From IMG/VR virus record IMGVR_UViG_3300023198_000928: a stretch of 64,000 nucleotides of DNA; one strand, written 5' to 3'. Every line of letters begins with the position of its first letter. Positions within the stretch are counted from its first letter, which is position 1. Under the pieces are notes generated by a model. The model was given only the letters and a program-made list of their open reading frames with translations, did no database searches and was not told where the DNA came from. Positions 39,058 through 48,962 of the stretch are shown piece after piece. The translations under genes were made by a program, and so were the position numbers. The DNA is from an uncultured virus (IMG/VR IMGVR_UViG_3300023198_000928) (lineage: Duplodnaviria; Heunggongvirae; Uroviricota; Caudoviricetes).

Positions 39058-42000
39058 TAGCTATAGCTTATACTTAGTGTTGATATTATACCTTGAATAA
39101 ATGTCTTACTATTTCCTGTATAGATAAACCTTACCCTAATGGCCTTGTCTCTAATTCTTTTATTACTTCCTTTTAAATCGGGATCATATCTCATTTTTCC
39201 TACTTGAATATATAACCCACTGTTTTTATAATACGCATTTTCATCTAGAATACCAAGACGCCTGTTAATTCTTGTGGTATTATTCCTAGTGATCACATCC
39301 TGAGTTACTACTCTTTCACCAGTGCTCTGTTCCCAAAGATTGGTTGCAGCATCATTATCATCTCCTGAGGTAGTATATACAATCTGGGCTGGAAGGACTT
39401 TATTAGTAATAACATCCAAGGTTTCTAGAATCTTCTGTAATCTAGATTCTTCATTAAGGGTAAACTCAAATTCATAAGTACAATCAACCCCTTTAAAGTG
39501 ACTATAAATTATAGGACCATCTTCTCCATCTGTAAGAGCTTCTTCTTCCCAAATTCCTTCCTCATTTGTTATACCTGTGGAATAAGTTACTGATCCTAAT
39601 GACATTGCAAACTTGGTTCCTTCCTCCATTCTTGATACCCATTTACCATCTACAGTATTATATACCACTGTACCTACATCAGTTTGTTTTTTAGTACTAG
39701 GATTCTCAGATACATAAGTAACTATAAGAGTATGTTTTACAGTGTTATATGAAGAATAAATTTTAGGAATTCCCATACTATTATTAATCTCTTTTTTAAA
39801 TCTCTCTAATATTGTTTTAATAGCAAACTCACTGACAACATTCAATTTATCTCCTTCATATAGCCAAACTGCATTGTTATTATAGTCAACTCCTGCAATA
39901 GTATTCTCTGTTCTAACTATAGATTCAGGATTAGTAGATCCATAGATATCTGAAATCACTTTAGAATATTCACTTAAAGCTTCTGCATTATCAACATAAA
40001 TATCAGCTCCTTCTCCCATCATCGTTCTCTGATCAATACCAATAGCTAAAACACCAGTAGGATGTATTGATAACAACACATTTCGAATAGACATAATTTT
40101 TACTATCCTTCCTAAATCAGTTCCATAATCTCTAAAGTTAAATCCATTTAAATCTCTAAAAGAATTAAAGAAACTTTGAGTCTGATTCTTATCAGATAAC
40201 ATGATTCTGTTAGGAAATTCAGTACTATAAGAAGGAGAGTTCTCTTCTAATCTACTGTATGATATAGGATTATCTATACCTGTATATCCTTGATTATATC
40301 CTATTGAATCTGGCCTGCTGTCTCCAAATAATTCTTTTCTATTAGGGTAAAAATCTCTATCAAATCCATGTAATGATGAATCAACATCCGAGAAATGCTC
40401 GGTAGATCGAATATCAGCATTAATATTACTAAAAGACGCTATTTCTAATATTTGTCCTACATCAAAAAGTCCTCTACCTTTATCAACTTTCTCAAAATTT
40501 TCTGCATCTGATTCCTCATTATATTTTAAACCTTTTGATTCTGTAATACCTATTCCAAAAGTAGCCGCATCTGCCGATGTAGCTGACTGAGATTCAGGGA
40601 CTCCTACTTTATATGAAGTTCTTTTATATATTCTTGAAATAAATCCATCACCTCTATATATAGGTACAGATTCAGTGACTAGAGGAATTCTATCTGTTAC
40701 AGCATAGTATGTATCATTACTATCATACTTGTATATATTTACTAAATCACTTTGTTTCCATCTACCTGTAGATGATCTAAATACATTAGTAAGATGTCCT
40801 GTATTTAAGTACATAATATCTGTATCATCTGGAAATCCTTCAGTTATTTCATCATATTCTCCGGATAGATCTTCTAGTGGTATTCTATGATAGTTGAATA
40901 CAGGGCCAGGTTCTTCGGAAGTATCAATCTCTAATCCTAAAAATACTGAGTATGACTGCCCTATTGAAGAATAAGGATAAAATCTTCTAGCATCATTTGG
41001 AAAACTATCATCTAATGTACCAGTTTTATTATGTTTAGAATCATTACTTAATATATTATAGTCAGCTGCTCTTTCAGTTGCACTTGGTGCTGGCAAATTA
41101 CTAGGATCTGGATCAGTACGTTGTGCAAATGGATAATAACGAAGACCAAACCCTTTTACATCTCCATCAAGTGTAGGATCTACAGGAGCTGAAGATGCTC
41201 TTACATTATCTGAAGCAAAAGATAAAGCTCTGTCTGTCTTTGCTGTAAAAGCATTATTTGCATATACCTGTTGACCACTATCCATTAATGTAGCAGTAGT
41301 ATATTTAGCTTTAATAGTTTGAAATAAGGCTCTATCATAATCAATAGGTTCAAAAATATTGGTCACTAAATTAGATGCACTAGTATAGTATTGACCTAGA
41401 CCAGCTGAATATGTATAAGCTACTGGTGAGGTTTGATTAAGTGGGTCTGAAGATACTCTTCTATTCTGTATTTCTAATTGTGGATTAATTCCATTTAAAT
41501 GTCCTTCTATGTTAGCAAAATTGAGATCTAATTCTGCAGAATAAAAAGCTACATGAGATTTTTTAGTATCTTCTCCAAGTCTGGTAATAGTATTTCTATA
41601 TTCAGTACTTGTAATATCTTGGCTAAGAGATCCATATGCGAACCAGGATTTATCAAATGTGATTGTATTAATAAGTTGAGTAGGTTGAGGTACAAATACC
41701 ATATCAAAATCCTCATTAAAGATTGCTTCTCTATTATTAGCATCTACATAATCTTCCATACCTTGGAACTTAGCATTTAGCCCTATAGTAGGTTCTCGTA
41801 TTACATCATGTTTAATACAATATCTCTTAGCACAATCTAATTCAGTTTGATATGATTTTACGTCTTCTGCTATTACAGGATATTTTGAAGGTAACTTTAG
41901 AGTAGGTACCGCCATTCCCTGCATTAGTACATTTTTAATTCTAATACGTCGTACAAAGAAAAATCCTGATACTATACTTCTAAGTTGTGTATCTCCATAT

Positions 42001-43643
42001 AACATATTTGTTAAAGCTCTCACATACGTTATTGTTCTAATATCTTTATTCTCTGTAAAATTTCTCTCAAACAGAGGCCCACTATTAGCTGTTCTAAATA
42101 CTCCTTTATTATTAATAAGAGAAGGTTCACTCCCAGGTGGATCTGTTGGGACTGTTGTATCAAATCCATCTAAATCAAGTGTATATGGAGGATATACTTT
42201 CATTTCTATATCTTCTGGCACTTCATCTACTATTTCACTAACTGTAGTCGTACTATAACTATTCTGCTTATTTTTTAAATTATCCATTCCAGTTATAGGA
42301 AATACAGGTGATACCCCTTTTCCAATAAGTAGAAATACTACTCCAAACTCATATGTTTCACCCTTCCAATATCCAAGTTTATTAGCGGCAGTATTAGGAT
42401 CTGAATAATCAGTATCAATTTTTTCACTTTGTTCTGTAAGAGTTATTTGTTTTGCAGCCTCACTTAAAATATTTATATCACTTTCTGATAAACTAGAAGA
42501 TACTCCTCCAATAGCAAGCCTATCACTAATTATCGATATACTAGCTACTGTGTCTATAGTTGAAAATTGAGTGTTTAATTCTTCTATAGAAATTGGTTCT
42601 ACCTCTTCAAGTCCTGTGTGAGTTATTATTAATGTGCTAGCCCCCTCAGTATAACTAAATACGGCAGATATAGTAAATAACTCCATTTGAGCAATATCCT
42701 TTCCATCAAAATGTGCAAAATAAACTTTTACTCCAGTATACGAGCTATCTAAATCAGTAAGTATAAATCTAACAAGTTTATCTGAAACCTGATCCTTAGT
42801 AAGACCTAATATTCCATTAGCTATCGGGATTAATGGTGATTCATATAAAAGCTCGGTAGTATTTCCCTCTTGTGTAGTATACTTAAAATAATAGCGATAT
42901 CCTCCACCCCTTAAATATCCTCCTTCATCTACTTTGAATTCCTTCACTGTAACTGGATAATTACTATTTTGTATTAGTGCTATTCTATCCCAATCAGCAT
43001 CTGAATATACATTACTATCAGTAGTACCTATTCTATCTGCAAGTTTTACATAATCACTAAGCTCTACTCTTTTAAATCTAGAATTAATGATTAATAAATT
43101 ATTTAATTCATCCGTGAAAAGAATATTAACAGAACCATCATAATCTGCTTGTATCTCCATATCGATGAATCTATTCTTTTGAAAATTAAATAACTTAGAT
43201 ATAAATGGATCAGTATATTCAGTTCCACCCTCCTTTTTATAATTATGAAGTTCACTATATACATACCTAAGCGAAGACGATGCAGTTGGATCATCATTAA
43301 TCACGCTCCAATCCGGACTAGGAAATGTTCCTATAGCCCCTTCAATAAAATTTCCATCTATATCAAAAGCTCCAGTTAAGATATATGCTATTGAATTATG
43401 TATTTTAATTCCTAAAGGTATGAAGAAATGTTGATCATCTTCAGTTTTAGGAAAATCCATAATCCACTTATCTCCTGCTATATTTTGATACATATACTGA
43501 TTTTCACCAGTTGTAATTATCTCCATATTAAGAGCATCAAATGCTGAATTTTTAGGACTTACTAATTTATGTAAATCAGCAACAAGTCCTCCCTCAAAAG
43601 AGTTTGAAGACATTATTTTACCATTACTCGATCTGTTTGCCAT
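39057..43643 (-). CDS. tail stabilization/muzzle protein (P22 gp10-like, crAss-type)
   Basis: NSFEGGL..D, DALN, YDGSVNILFTD..INSRF, GGYRYYFKY, LGYW..ETY.FG, YRGDGFI, RIRDK; synteny. Confidence 0.85.
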   Translation of the reverse strand: MANRSSNGKIMSSNSFEGGLVADLHKLVSPKNSAFDALNMEIITTGENQYMYQNIAGDKWIMDFPKTEDDQHFFIPLGIKIHNSIAYILTGAFDIDGNFIEGAIGTFPSPDWSVINDDPTASSSLRYVYSELHNYKKEGGTEYTDPFISKLFNFQKNRFIDMEIQADYDGSVNILFTDELNNLLIINSRFKRVELSDYVKLADRIGTTDSNVYSDADWDRIALIQNSNYPVTVKEFKVDEGGYLRGGGYRYYFKYTTQEGNTTELLYESPLIPIANGILGLTKDQVSDKLVRFILTDLDSSYTGVKVYFAHFDGKDIAQMELFTISAVFSYTEGASTLIITHTGLEEVEPISIEELNTQFSTIDTVASISIISDRLAIGGVSSSLSESDINILSEAAKQITLTEQSEKIDTDYSDPNTAANKLGYWKGETYEFGVVFLLIGKGVSPVFPITGMDNLKNKQNSYSTTTVSEIVDEVPEDIEMKVYPPYTLDLDGFDTTVPTDPPGSEPSLINNKGVFRTANSGPLFERNFTENKDIRTITYVRALTNMLYGDTQLRSIVSGFFFVRRIRIKNVLMQGMAVPTLKLPSKYPVIAEDVKSYQTELDCAKRYCIKHDVIREPTIGLNAKFQGMEDYVDANNREAIFNEDFDMVFVPQPTQLINTITFDKSWFAYGSLSQDITSTEYRNTITRLGEDTKKSHVAFYSAELDLNFANIEGHLNGINPQLEIQNRRVSSDPLNQTSPVAYTYSAGLGQYYTSASNLVTNIFEPIDYDRALFQTIKAKYTTATLMDSGQQVYANNAFTAKTDRALSFASDNVRASSAPVDPTLDGDVKGFGLRYYPFAQRTDPDPSNLPAPSATERAADYNILSNDSKHNKTGTLDDSFPNDARRFYPYSSIGQSYSVFLGLEIDTSEEPGPVFNYHRIPLEDLSGEYDEITEGFPDDTDIMYLNTGHLTNVFRSSTGRWKQSDLVNIYKYDSNDTYYAVTDRIPLVTESVPIYRGDGFISRIYKRTSYKVGVPESQSATSADAATFGIGITESKGLKYNEESDAENFEKVDKGRGLFDVGQILEIASFSNINADIRSTEHFSDVDSSLHGFDRDFYPNRKELFGDSRPDSIGYNQGYTGIDNPISYSRLEENSPSYSTEFPNRIMLSDKNQTQSFFNSFRDLNGFNFRDYGTDLGRIVKIMSIRNVLLSIHPTGVLAIGIDQRTMMGEGADIYVDNAEALSEYSKVISDIYGSTNPESIVRTENTIAGVDYNNNAVWLYEGDKLNVVSEFAIKTILERFKKEINNSMGIPKIYSSYNTVKHTLIVTYVSENPSTKKQTDVGTVVYNTVDGKWVSRMEEGTKFAMSLGSVTYSTGITNEEGIWEEEALTDGEDGPIIYSHFKGVDCTYEFEFTLNEESRLQKILETLDVITNKVLPAQIVYTTSGDDNDAATNLWEQSTGERVVTQDVITRNNTTRINRRLGILDENAYYKNSGLYIQVGKMRYDPDLKGSNKRIRDKAIRVRFIYTGNSKTFIQGIISTLSISYS

Positions 43644-43908
43644 CTTTATCTAAATTAAATCTATTCTTATATCCTTTTTGCATGTTCTTTAAATGATGTT
43701 TGCCAAAAATTCTAGCCATCACAAACTTTGCTTGCGTTCCTACAAAAGAGTCCTTACTTCTAATACTAAATCCTCTCTGATATTTTCTTAAATAAAAAGA
43801 AGTTCTAGTAGTTATATCCTCCACTATTCTCTTAAGTTCTTTTTTCTCAACTTGAGGAAAATATAAATGTAATTCATCTATATAATCTTTTAAATATTTT
43901 GTTTTCAT
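43624..43908 (-). CDS. small basic protein, IHF/HU-like by synteny
   Basis: 94 aa, Lys/Arg rich; position before muzzle gene as in crAss-like phages. Confidence 0.5.
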   Translation of the reverse strand: MKTKYLKDYIDELHLYFPQVEKKELKRIVEDITTRTSFYLRKYQRGFSIRSKDSFVGTQAKFVMARIFGKHHLKNMQKGYKNRFNLDKDGKQIE

Positions 43909-44402
43909 CTTTTCTTATTAATCCAAAAATCCTTAGTACTCTTAGCATATTTCTTACCTTCATTTACTTTTTCTATTAATAATGAAAATAAGTATATTGG
44001 CACATTAACCAAACAAGGAGTACCGTGTCCTCCCGGATCAAACGCTATAAAAGGCGTTCTATAGTTAGTTACTTTAAGATCAATTTTAGGTATTTTCATA
44101 TCTTCCTTATCATACTCCCCTTTAATAAATGCTTGACTCACTGGTCTAGTATCTACATATAAAAAAGAAGTTGAGTATTTATTAAAATATACTATATATC
44201 CCTCAATTACATCCATTATCATAAGCTCCAGTAACTTAAATAATATCTTTGCATACACCTGAGATGTACCATGATCAGAGACAATATCTTTATTACTAAA
44301 TCCTTTCTTATATTTTATCTTATCTACTTTCCCGTGTAATAATTCCGATAACGGAGTAATTATTTTATGAGTAGTTTTTAAAATTCTATTTTTATCTCTC
44401 AT
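43905..44402 (-). CDS. IHF-like crAss conserved protein
   Basis: basic; KILF..L..MIMDVIEG..V.F pattern; synteny. Confidence 0.55.
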   Translation of the reverse strand: MRDKNRILKTTHKIITPLSELLHGKVDKIKYKKGFSNKDIVSDHGTSQVYAKILFKLLELMIMDVIEGYIVYFNKYSTSFLYVDTRPVSQAFIKGEYDKEDMKIPKIDLKVTNYRTPFIAFDPGGHGTPCLVNVPIYLFSLLIEKVNEGKKYAKSTKDFWINKKR

Positions 44403-45249
44403 ACCTAGATGGTCTATTTATACTTTTTCTATTAAATGTTGTCTTAGCATCTAATAATTCATCTATCTCATTATCATTAATTTCTTCTGCCATAGAAGCT
44501 CCTTGCTTTAATCTAGCACTCTCCGTTATCAAAAATTCTAACATCGATGCCATATTCTTATCTCCCCGTATTGCTGCTTTTATCGCTATGGATTTTGCTG
44601 AAATTGCTGCTAAAGCATTTGCTTGTTTTCTAGTAATCATTGGATATCCTTCAAGATCTACCATAATTCCTGTAAAAGCAATTCCAATATCTGTACCTGC
44701 AAGAGATACCCCTACAGTTATTGCCCCTTTACCTAAATGATAATCTATATAACCATCTTCTCGTAAAAGCGACATTCCAGGAAAGTCTTTACTGTAAGGT
44801 CTACTTCTAACCTCACTTAGGCTTGAGTAACCTGTTCTCACCACATCCATTACTTTGGCAGCAGCTATATAAACATCATTTCCATAATTATCTAAAAGAG
44901 CATATGGCATTCTAGAACCAAAAGCTTTTCGCGCTACTAATGATGTACACACTGCATCTACTGTTTCTGCATTGCATGGAATTGGGATAATACCATTTTT
45001 AGGAACTGTAGTTATTGCTATATATTCTTCTGTACCAAAATGTCTAATATCTCTAAGAGCATTTACAGCTAGATCTATATAATCCCATTCATCGATATGC
45101 AGACCATATTCAGATTTTAGAATAGCAATCCCTGTTCTAATATTTAACACATGCTCAACAAAAGGAGCATTTTTCTGTGTATATAATTTTCTATCGTCTC
45201 CGTTCGAAGGTATGTTACCGTTTTCTGAGGTATAATTTCTATGTGCCAT
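44392..45249 (-). CDS. tail ring/tubular protein
   Basis: IPCNAETVDAV, GIMVDLEGYPMITRKQANALA, EIDELLDAKTTFNRK; synteny. Confidence 0.75.
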   Translation of the reverse strand: MAHRNYTSENGNIPSNGDDRKLYTQKNAPFVEHVLNIRTGIAILKSEYGLHIDEWDYIDLAVNALRDIRHFGTEEYIAITTVPKNGIIPIPCNAETVDAVCTSLVARKAFGSRMPYALLDNYGNDVYIAAAKVMDVVRTGYSSLSEVRSRPYSKDFPGMSLLREDGYIDYHLGKGAITVGVSLAGTDIGIAFTGIMVDLEGYPMITRKQANALAAISAKSIAIKAAIRGDKNMASMLEFLITESARLKQGASMAEEINDNEIDELLDAKTTFNRKSINRPSRYER

Positions 45250-45923
45250 TATGCTTGTTGAGTATTAGGTTTAGGAGTCATGTGAAGTTGTCTGTAATAA
45301 TTAACATACTTCTGTGTCAAAGTATCTATAACTTCAGATTGTATGTAGAATGGAGCATAGAATTCTGCTGAAGCAAATTGCTCGTAGTAATTAGTTTTTA
45401 ATAAATCATAAGGATTATCAAAATTAGCGTCAATAGAAATAAAATTCATGTTATTATATTTCCCTGTATTAAATAGGTATACATCAAATAAACCATTACC
45501 TGCTGCTGTAGTACTTACCCATGCGAAAGGTTTCTTAGAGGTAGCCAGTCTATACTTATGATATCTATAATCTCTATCGAAATAAACCTTAAATGTAAGA
45601 GATGATTCCATAGAACCTAAAAAAGATATTGGATTTTTTACAGCTCTATTTAAATTAGGAATAGTAAAATGAGGTACCTTAATATCCGTTTCTACTTCAC
45701 AATTAGAAGATATATCAGCGCATTCTATTCTAATACCATCTATTCGTTGAGAAAGAGAGCCAGGCTCAATTAATCCTTGTAAAGAAAGTTTTGCTATTAT
45801 AGTAGAAGATGTTAATAAAATCTCATCTTTTAGTTGGTCCATAGAAAATGATGTAGACCCTACTCCGTCTAATCCGTCTACTACATGATTCCTTATAGCC
45901 GAAGCCATTTGTGCTAGTGTCAT
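45249..45923 (-). CDS. tail ring protein
   Basis: LAQMASAIRNHV..GL..SMDQLKDE, PHFTIP, YYRQ..PNTQ. Confidence 0.75.
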   Translation of the reverse strand: MTLAQMASAIRNHVVDGLDGVGSTSFSMDQLKDEILLTSSTIIAKLSLQGLIEPGSLSQRIDGIRIECADISSNCEVETDIKVPHFTIPNLNRAVKNPISFLGSMESSLTFKVYFDRDYRYHKYRLATSKKPFAWVSTTAAGNGLFDVYLFNTGKYNNMNFISIDANFDNPYDLLKTNYYEQFASAEFYAPFYIQSEVIDTLTQKYVNYYRQLHMTPKPNTQQA

Positions 45924-45947
45924 ATCTGTGAATATTTTAGTTACTAG

Positions 45948-45956
45948 TATAATACT
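45948..45956 (-). promoter_or_regulatory. putative late promoter motif AGTATTATA
   Basis: exact copy 25 nt upstream of ATG 45923, just downstream of a terminator. Confidence 0.7.
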
Positions 45957-45970
45957 AATTATAGTGTAAT

Positions 45971-45998
45971 AAAAAAAGCAGCCAACTAAGTGACTGCT
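45971..45998 (-). terminator. intrinsic terminator
   Basis: minus strand AGCAGTCA-CTTAGT-TGGCTGCT-TTTTTT. Confidence 0.85.
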
Positions 45999-46041
45999 CT
46001 TTTCTTCTAGATATTTCCTCTCTTTTTAAATTAAGATTAAA

Positions 46042-46141
46042 NNNNNNNNNNNNNNNNNNNNNNNNNNNNNNNNNNNNNNNNNNNNNNNNNNNNNNNNNNN
46101 NNNNNNNNNNNNNNNNNNNNNNNNNNNNNNNNNNNNNNNNN
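46042..46141. other. scaffold gap (100 N)
   Basis: run of exactly 100 N. Confidence 0.98.
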
Positions 46142-47070
46142 CCATCATCATTTCCACTGGCACCAAATACTAATGCACCAATAGCAATAATTGCTGTAGT
46201 TGCAGAAGCTTCATTACAGAATGCAGAATACTGGCGAGGCGCATACGTTTGAGTCGTATTTGCATCAGCTTCTCCTAACATTTCATGTGGCATCCATCCA
46301 GCTTCGTGATCATCACTAGTAGACCAGTGAAGTTCAGTATAAAGAGCTCTTACATCAACTGCAGAGTTTCCACCAAATGCGATTCCATAAGGATCAATGT
46401 TTTCAAAAGTAGCATTACGTACTTCTGCTTCAAGGATTCTACCAGTATTTACACCGGCATTAGGTGCAACAGATTCAGTCACAACAAGTGCTTCTTCTCT
46501 ACTAGTAATATTAGCAGCAGTTGTAGCCGCTACTCTTACAGTAGTTATTGCTTTAATTTCTAGCCCCTCATAGCCAGGTTGGAAAGTTGCTACTCCAGCT
46601 CCACTAAATTTAATAATCTTGTCATTTAATCCGGCAACTTGACTAGCTACTAATGCAGCATCCCAAGCATTTGTTGCAGTAATCTGCACTTGGAAAAGCA
46701 AGCTATTTAAATCATAAGGCCATACTTCACCAACAATTCTTGATTGTCCCGTAACGTAAACTCTTACATCATAGATATCTCCTGCAGTTTCACCTGTTGG
46801 TGGTGCTACGTCATATACTCCAGCTGCTACTGCGGCTCCAACTGTTTTAAAGTTTGTTCCTAAAACACCAAGGCCTCCATCTAGTTGACCAGCAGGGATT
46901 AGAAAACTTCCGAAACCTTCAATCTCTACAGATTGTCCAGCATCAATAACATCAGCTGCTCCAGCATCGGCTAGAAAAACTTTTTTCCCGTCACCATCAA
47001 AAGTACCATCCCATACTTTAACAACTGCTTCCGAGTTAATAATAATTTGTTTAATTCCTAAATTGAACAT
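46042..47070 (-). CDS. auxiliary capsid (decoration) protein; true C-terminus probably lies in the N gap
   Basis: MF....QIIINS start, Ala/Gly-rich, lies between ring genes, followed by strong terminator. Confidence 0.6.
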
Positions 47071-47156
47071 AATATATAATTTTTATTTGTTCCACCTTAT
47101 ACCAGTATAGGCTTCACGTGTTTATAAAAAAACCTGGAGCTGGTATCCCCAATGAC

Positions 47157-47894
47157 TTATTTACTACTTTTCATCCCTGTTGAGGTATCACTAATCGCTT
47201 GATTTACTGCCACGTGTGACTGTAATCGCTGATCTCTACCTCTTTCAAGAATTAATTTTAAAGCTATTTTTGTTATCTCATCACACACATCCTTCGAAAA
47301 TTCTAACTTCTCTGATGTATCTGCTTCCACATCAATCATTTCGTCAGTTAATACAACTTCCTTCGGTTGCTTGAGATATTCTATTACTATATTACTAATA
47401 ATTACCGACTTTGTGTTGATATTACCAACATTTATTTTTATTTCATTATCTAAAATTTCAAAATATGGTCTGTAAAACTGAGCGCTTAGGTATTCATTAT
47501 TAAGAATTCCATTTTTAATATCAGAGGACATTCTAACAACTTTATAAGTCTTAGTTTCCCCTGCACTCTGCTCACATCTCATATTAGGCCGTACAGTCTT
47601 CACGTCTATAGTGCATCCTAGTAAGTGCCTATAATGAAATCTAGGATTAACGTCATCTCCTATATTATCTATAACAACAGTTAATGAGTCAGAGGAGTAT
47701 TGTTTTTTCCAGGACCTCATATCATCTGCTAACTGTTGATTTGTTTCAAATAGCTCATACCTGGTTTTCATATACTCGCTTATAGCTTTATTATAGAAAT
47801 ATAAATAATCTTCTAAATATAGTATAGGAGATTCTTCTTTTACTAATTCAGTTAATATATTTATATAAACCTCTCTTGCTGTATATGTATACAT
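47157..47894 (-). CDS. tail ring protein
   Basis: TAREVY..IL.EL.K..SP.L.LEDY.YF.NKAI, YRHLL.C, YRPYF, EYLKQP, EF...VCDEI. Confidence 0.75.
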   Translation of the reverse strand: MYTYTAREVYINILTELVKEESPILYLEDYLYFYNKAISEYMKTRYELFETNQQLADDMRSWKKQYSSDSLTVVIDNIGDDVNPRFHYRHLLGCTIDVKTVRPNMRCEQSAGETKTYKVVRMSSDIKNGILNNEYLSAQFYRPYFEILDNEIKINVGNINTKSVIISNIVIEYLKQPKEVVLTDEMIDVEADTSEKLEFSKDVCDEITKIALKLILERGRDQRLQSHVAVNQAISDTSTGMKSSK

Positions 47895-47905
47895 AAGCTA
47901 TTAAT

Positions 47906-48877
47906 TTATTTTTTATTCTTACCTATTGTACCTTGATTACGCTTTCTAGTGATAGCTGCTTTTTGCTGAGGTGTTAGCACTTTTTCTTCCGGTTCTGTAA
48001 ATGAACTAGTTGGCACTCCCTCTGCAGTAGATGTAGCAATATCTTCTATATGATCTTCATCTACTATAGTATCAGTTACTGCTACAGATTCATCTTCTAA
48101 TGGATTTATTTTATTAGAAAACGTCCCATATGTCACAGCTTCTATAGCCTTAGTTGTTGCATTATTTTTAGGATTAGCAAAGAAAGCTACTACAGCACTC
48201 TTCTCAACTCCTAGTAATGCTTCTCCAAATATATAAACTCCTCCTCGTTTAGAGATTACTTCTCTTTGAATCGCATGCATTAGCAATAATTCTAAAGAAA
48301 ATGTTTTGCTTTCATATACTTGTCTAATTTTAGCCGGCTCTGTCACAACTAAACCTAGTAAATATTCTTTTACATCGGTAATAATTGATCCACTCATATC
48401 CATACCTAAGATACTTACTCTATTATATAAATTCTCTGGAGAATCTGTTAAAATATAATTTTGTAACTCAACTAATTTCGTAGCTTCGGCAACAGCTTTT
48501 GCTGACTCAACTCCTGGTCTGTTTATATAGAAATATGCTTTTGGTGATGCTTGTCCTGTAGCGAAGTCATCTGCAATCTCATCACAGTACTTCATCCATT
48601 CCCAGTCCTTTATCCATTGAGGATTATTTAAATCCACTTTCATATCATCATAAAGCTTTATTCTACTTTCTGGAGACGGAACATATCCCATCTCTAATTT
48701 TTTAATTTCTGGTATATTTTCGTTTATACCTAGATATCTCCCGTTCTGATCTTTGGCTGGAGAGATAGTACATCTGTCACCTTTAAAAAAGGATTTCAAA
48801 ATGAGAACTTTGTCTGAAGGTGTTCCATTAGCTAATTGAGCACCACTCATGCCGATAATATTTTTTTGATAAGTCAT
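47906..48877 (-). CDS. conserved crAss-like protein downstream of MCP
   Basis: synteny; acidic low-complexity tail ending in basic AAITRKRN. Confidence 0.65.
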   Translation of the reverse strand: MTYQKNIIGMSGAQLANGTPSDKVLILKSFFKGDRCTISPAKDQNGRYLGINENIPEIKKLEMGYVPSPESRIKLYDDMKVDLNNPQWIKDWEWMKYCDEIADDFATGQASPKAYFYINRPGVESAKAVAEATKLVELQNYILTDSPENLYNRVSILGMDMSGSIITDVKEYLLGLVVTEPAKIRQVYESKTFSLELLLMHAIQREVISKRGGVYIFGEALLGVEKSAVVAFFANPKNNATTKAIEAVTYGTFSNKINPLEDESVAVTDTIVDEDHIEDIATSTAEGVPTSSFTEPEEKVLTPQQKAAITRKRNQGTIGKNKK

Positions 48878-48918
48878 TTTTTTATTATTTTATTGATTCA
48901 TATTAACATTTAAAGATA

Positions 48919-48941
48919 GGGAGGAATTATTAGTCCCTCCC
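48919..48941 (-). terminator. hairpin after MCP, probable leaky terminator
   Basis: minus strand GGGAGGGA-CTAATAA-TTCCTCCC then TATCTTT. Confidence 0.6.
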
Positions 48942-48962
48942 ATACTTTCACTACTTATTTTT

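Noticed and set aside
45955..46041. C-terminal FNLNLKREE..HYN of the 371 aa ORF
   Set aside because: Artefact of reading through the N gap; it crosses a clear terminator and touches the next promoter motif
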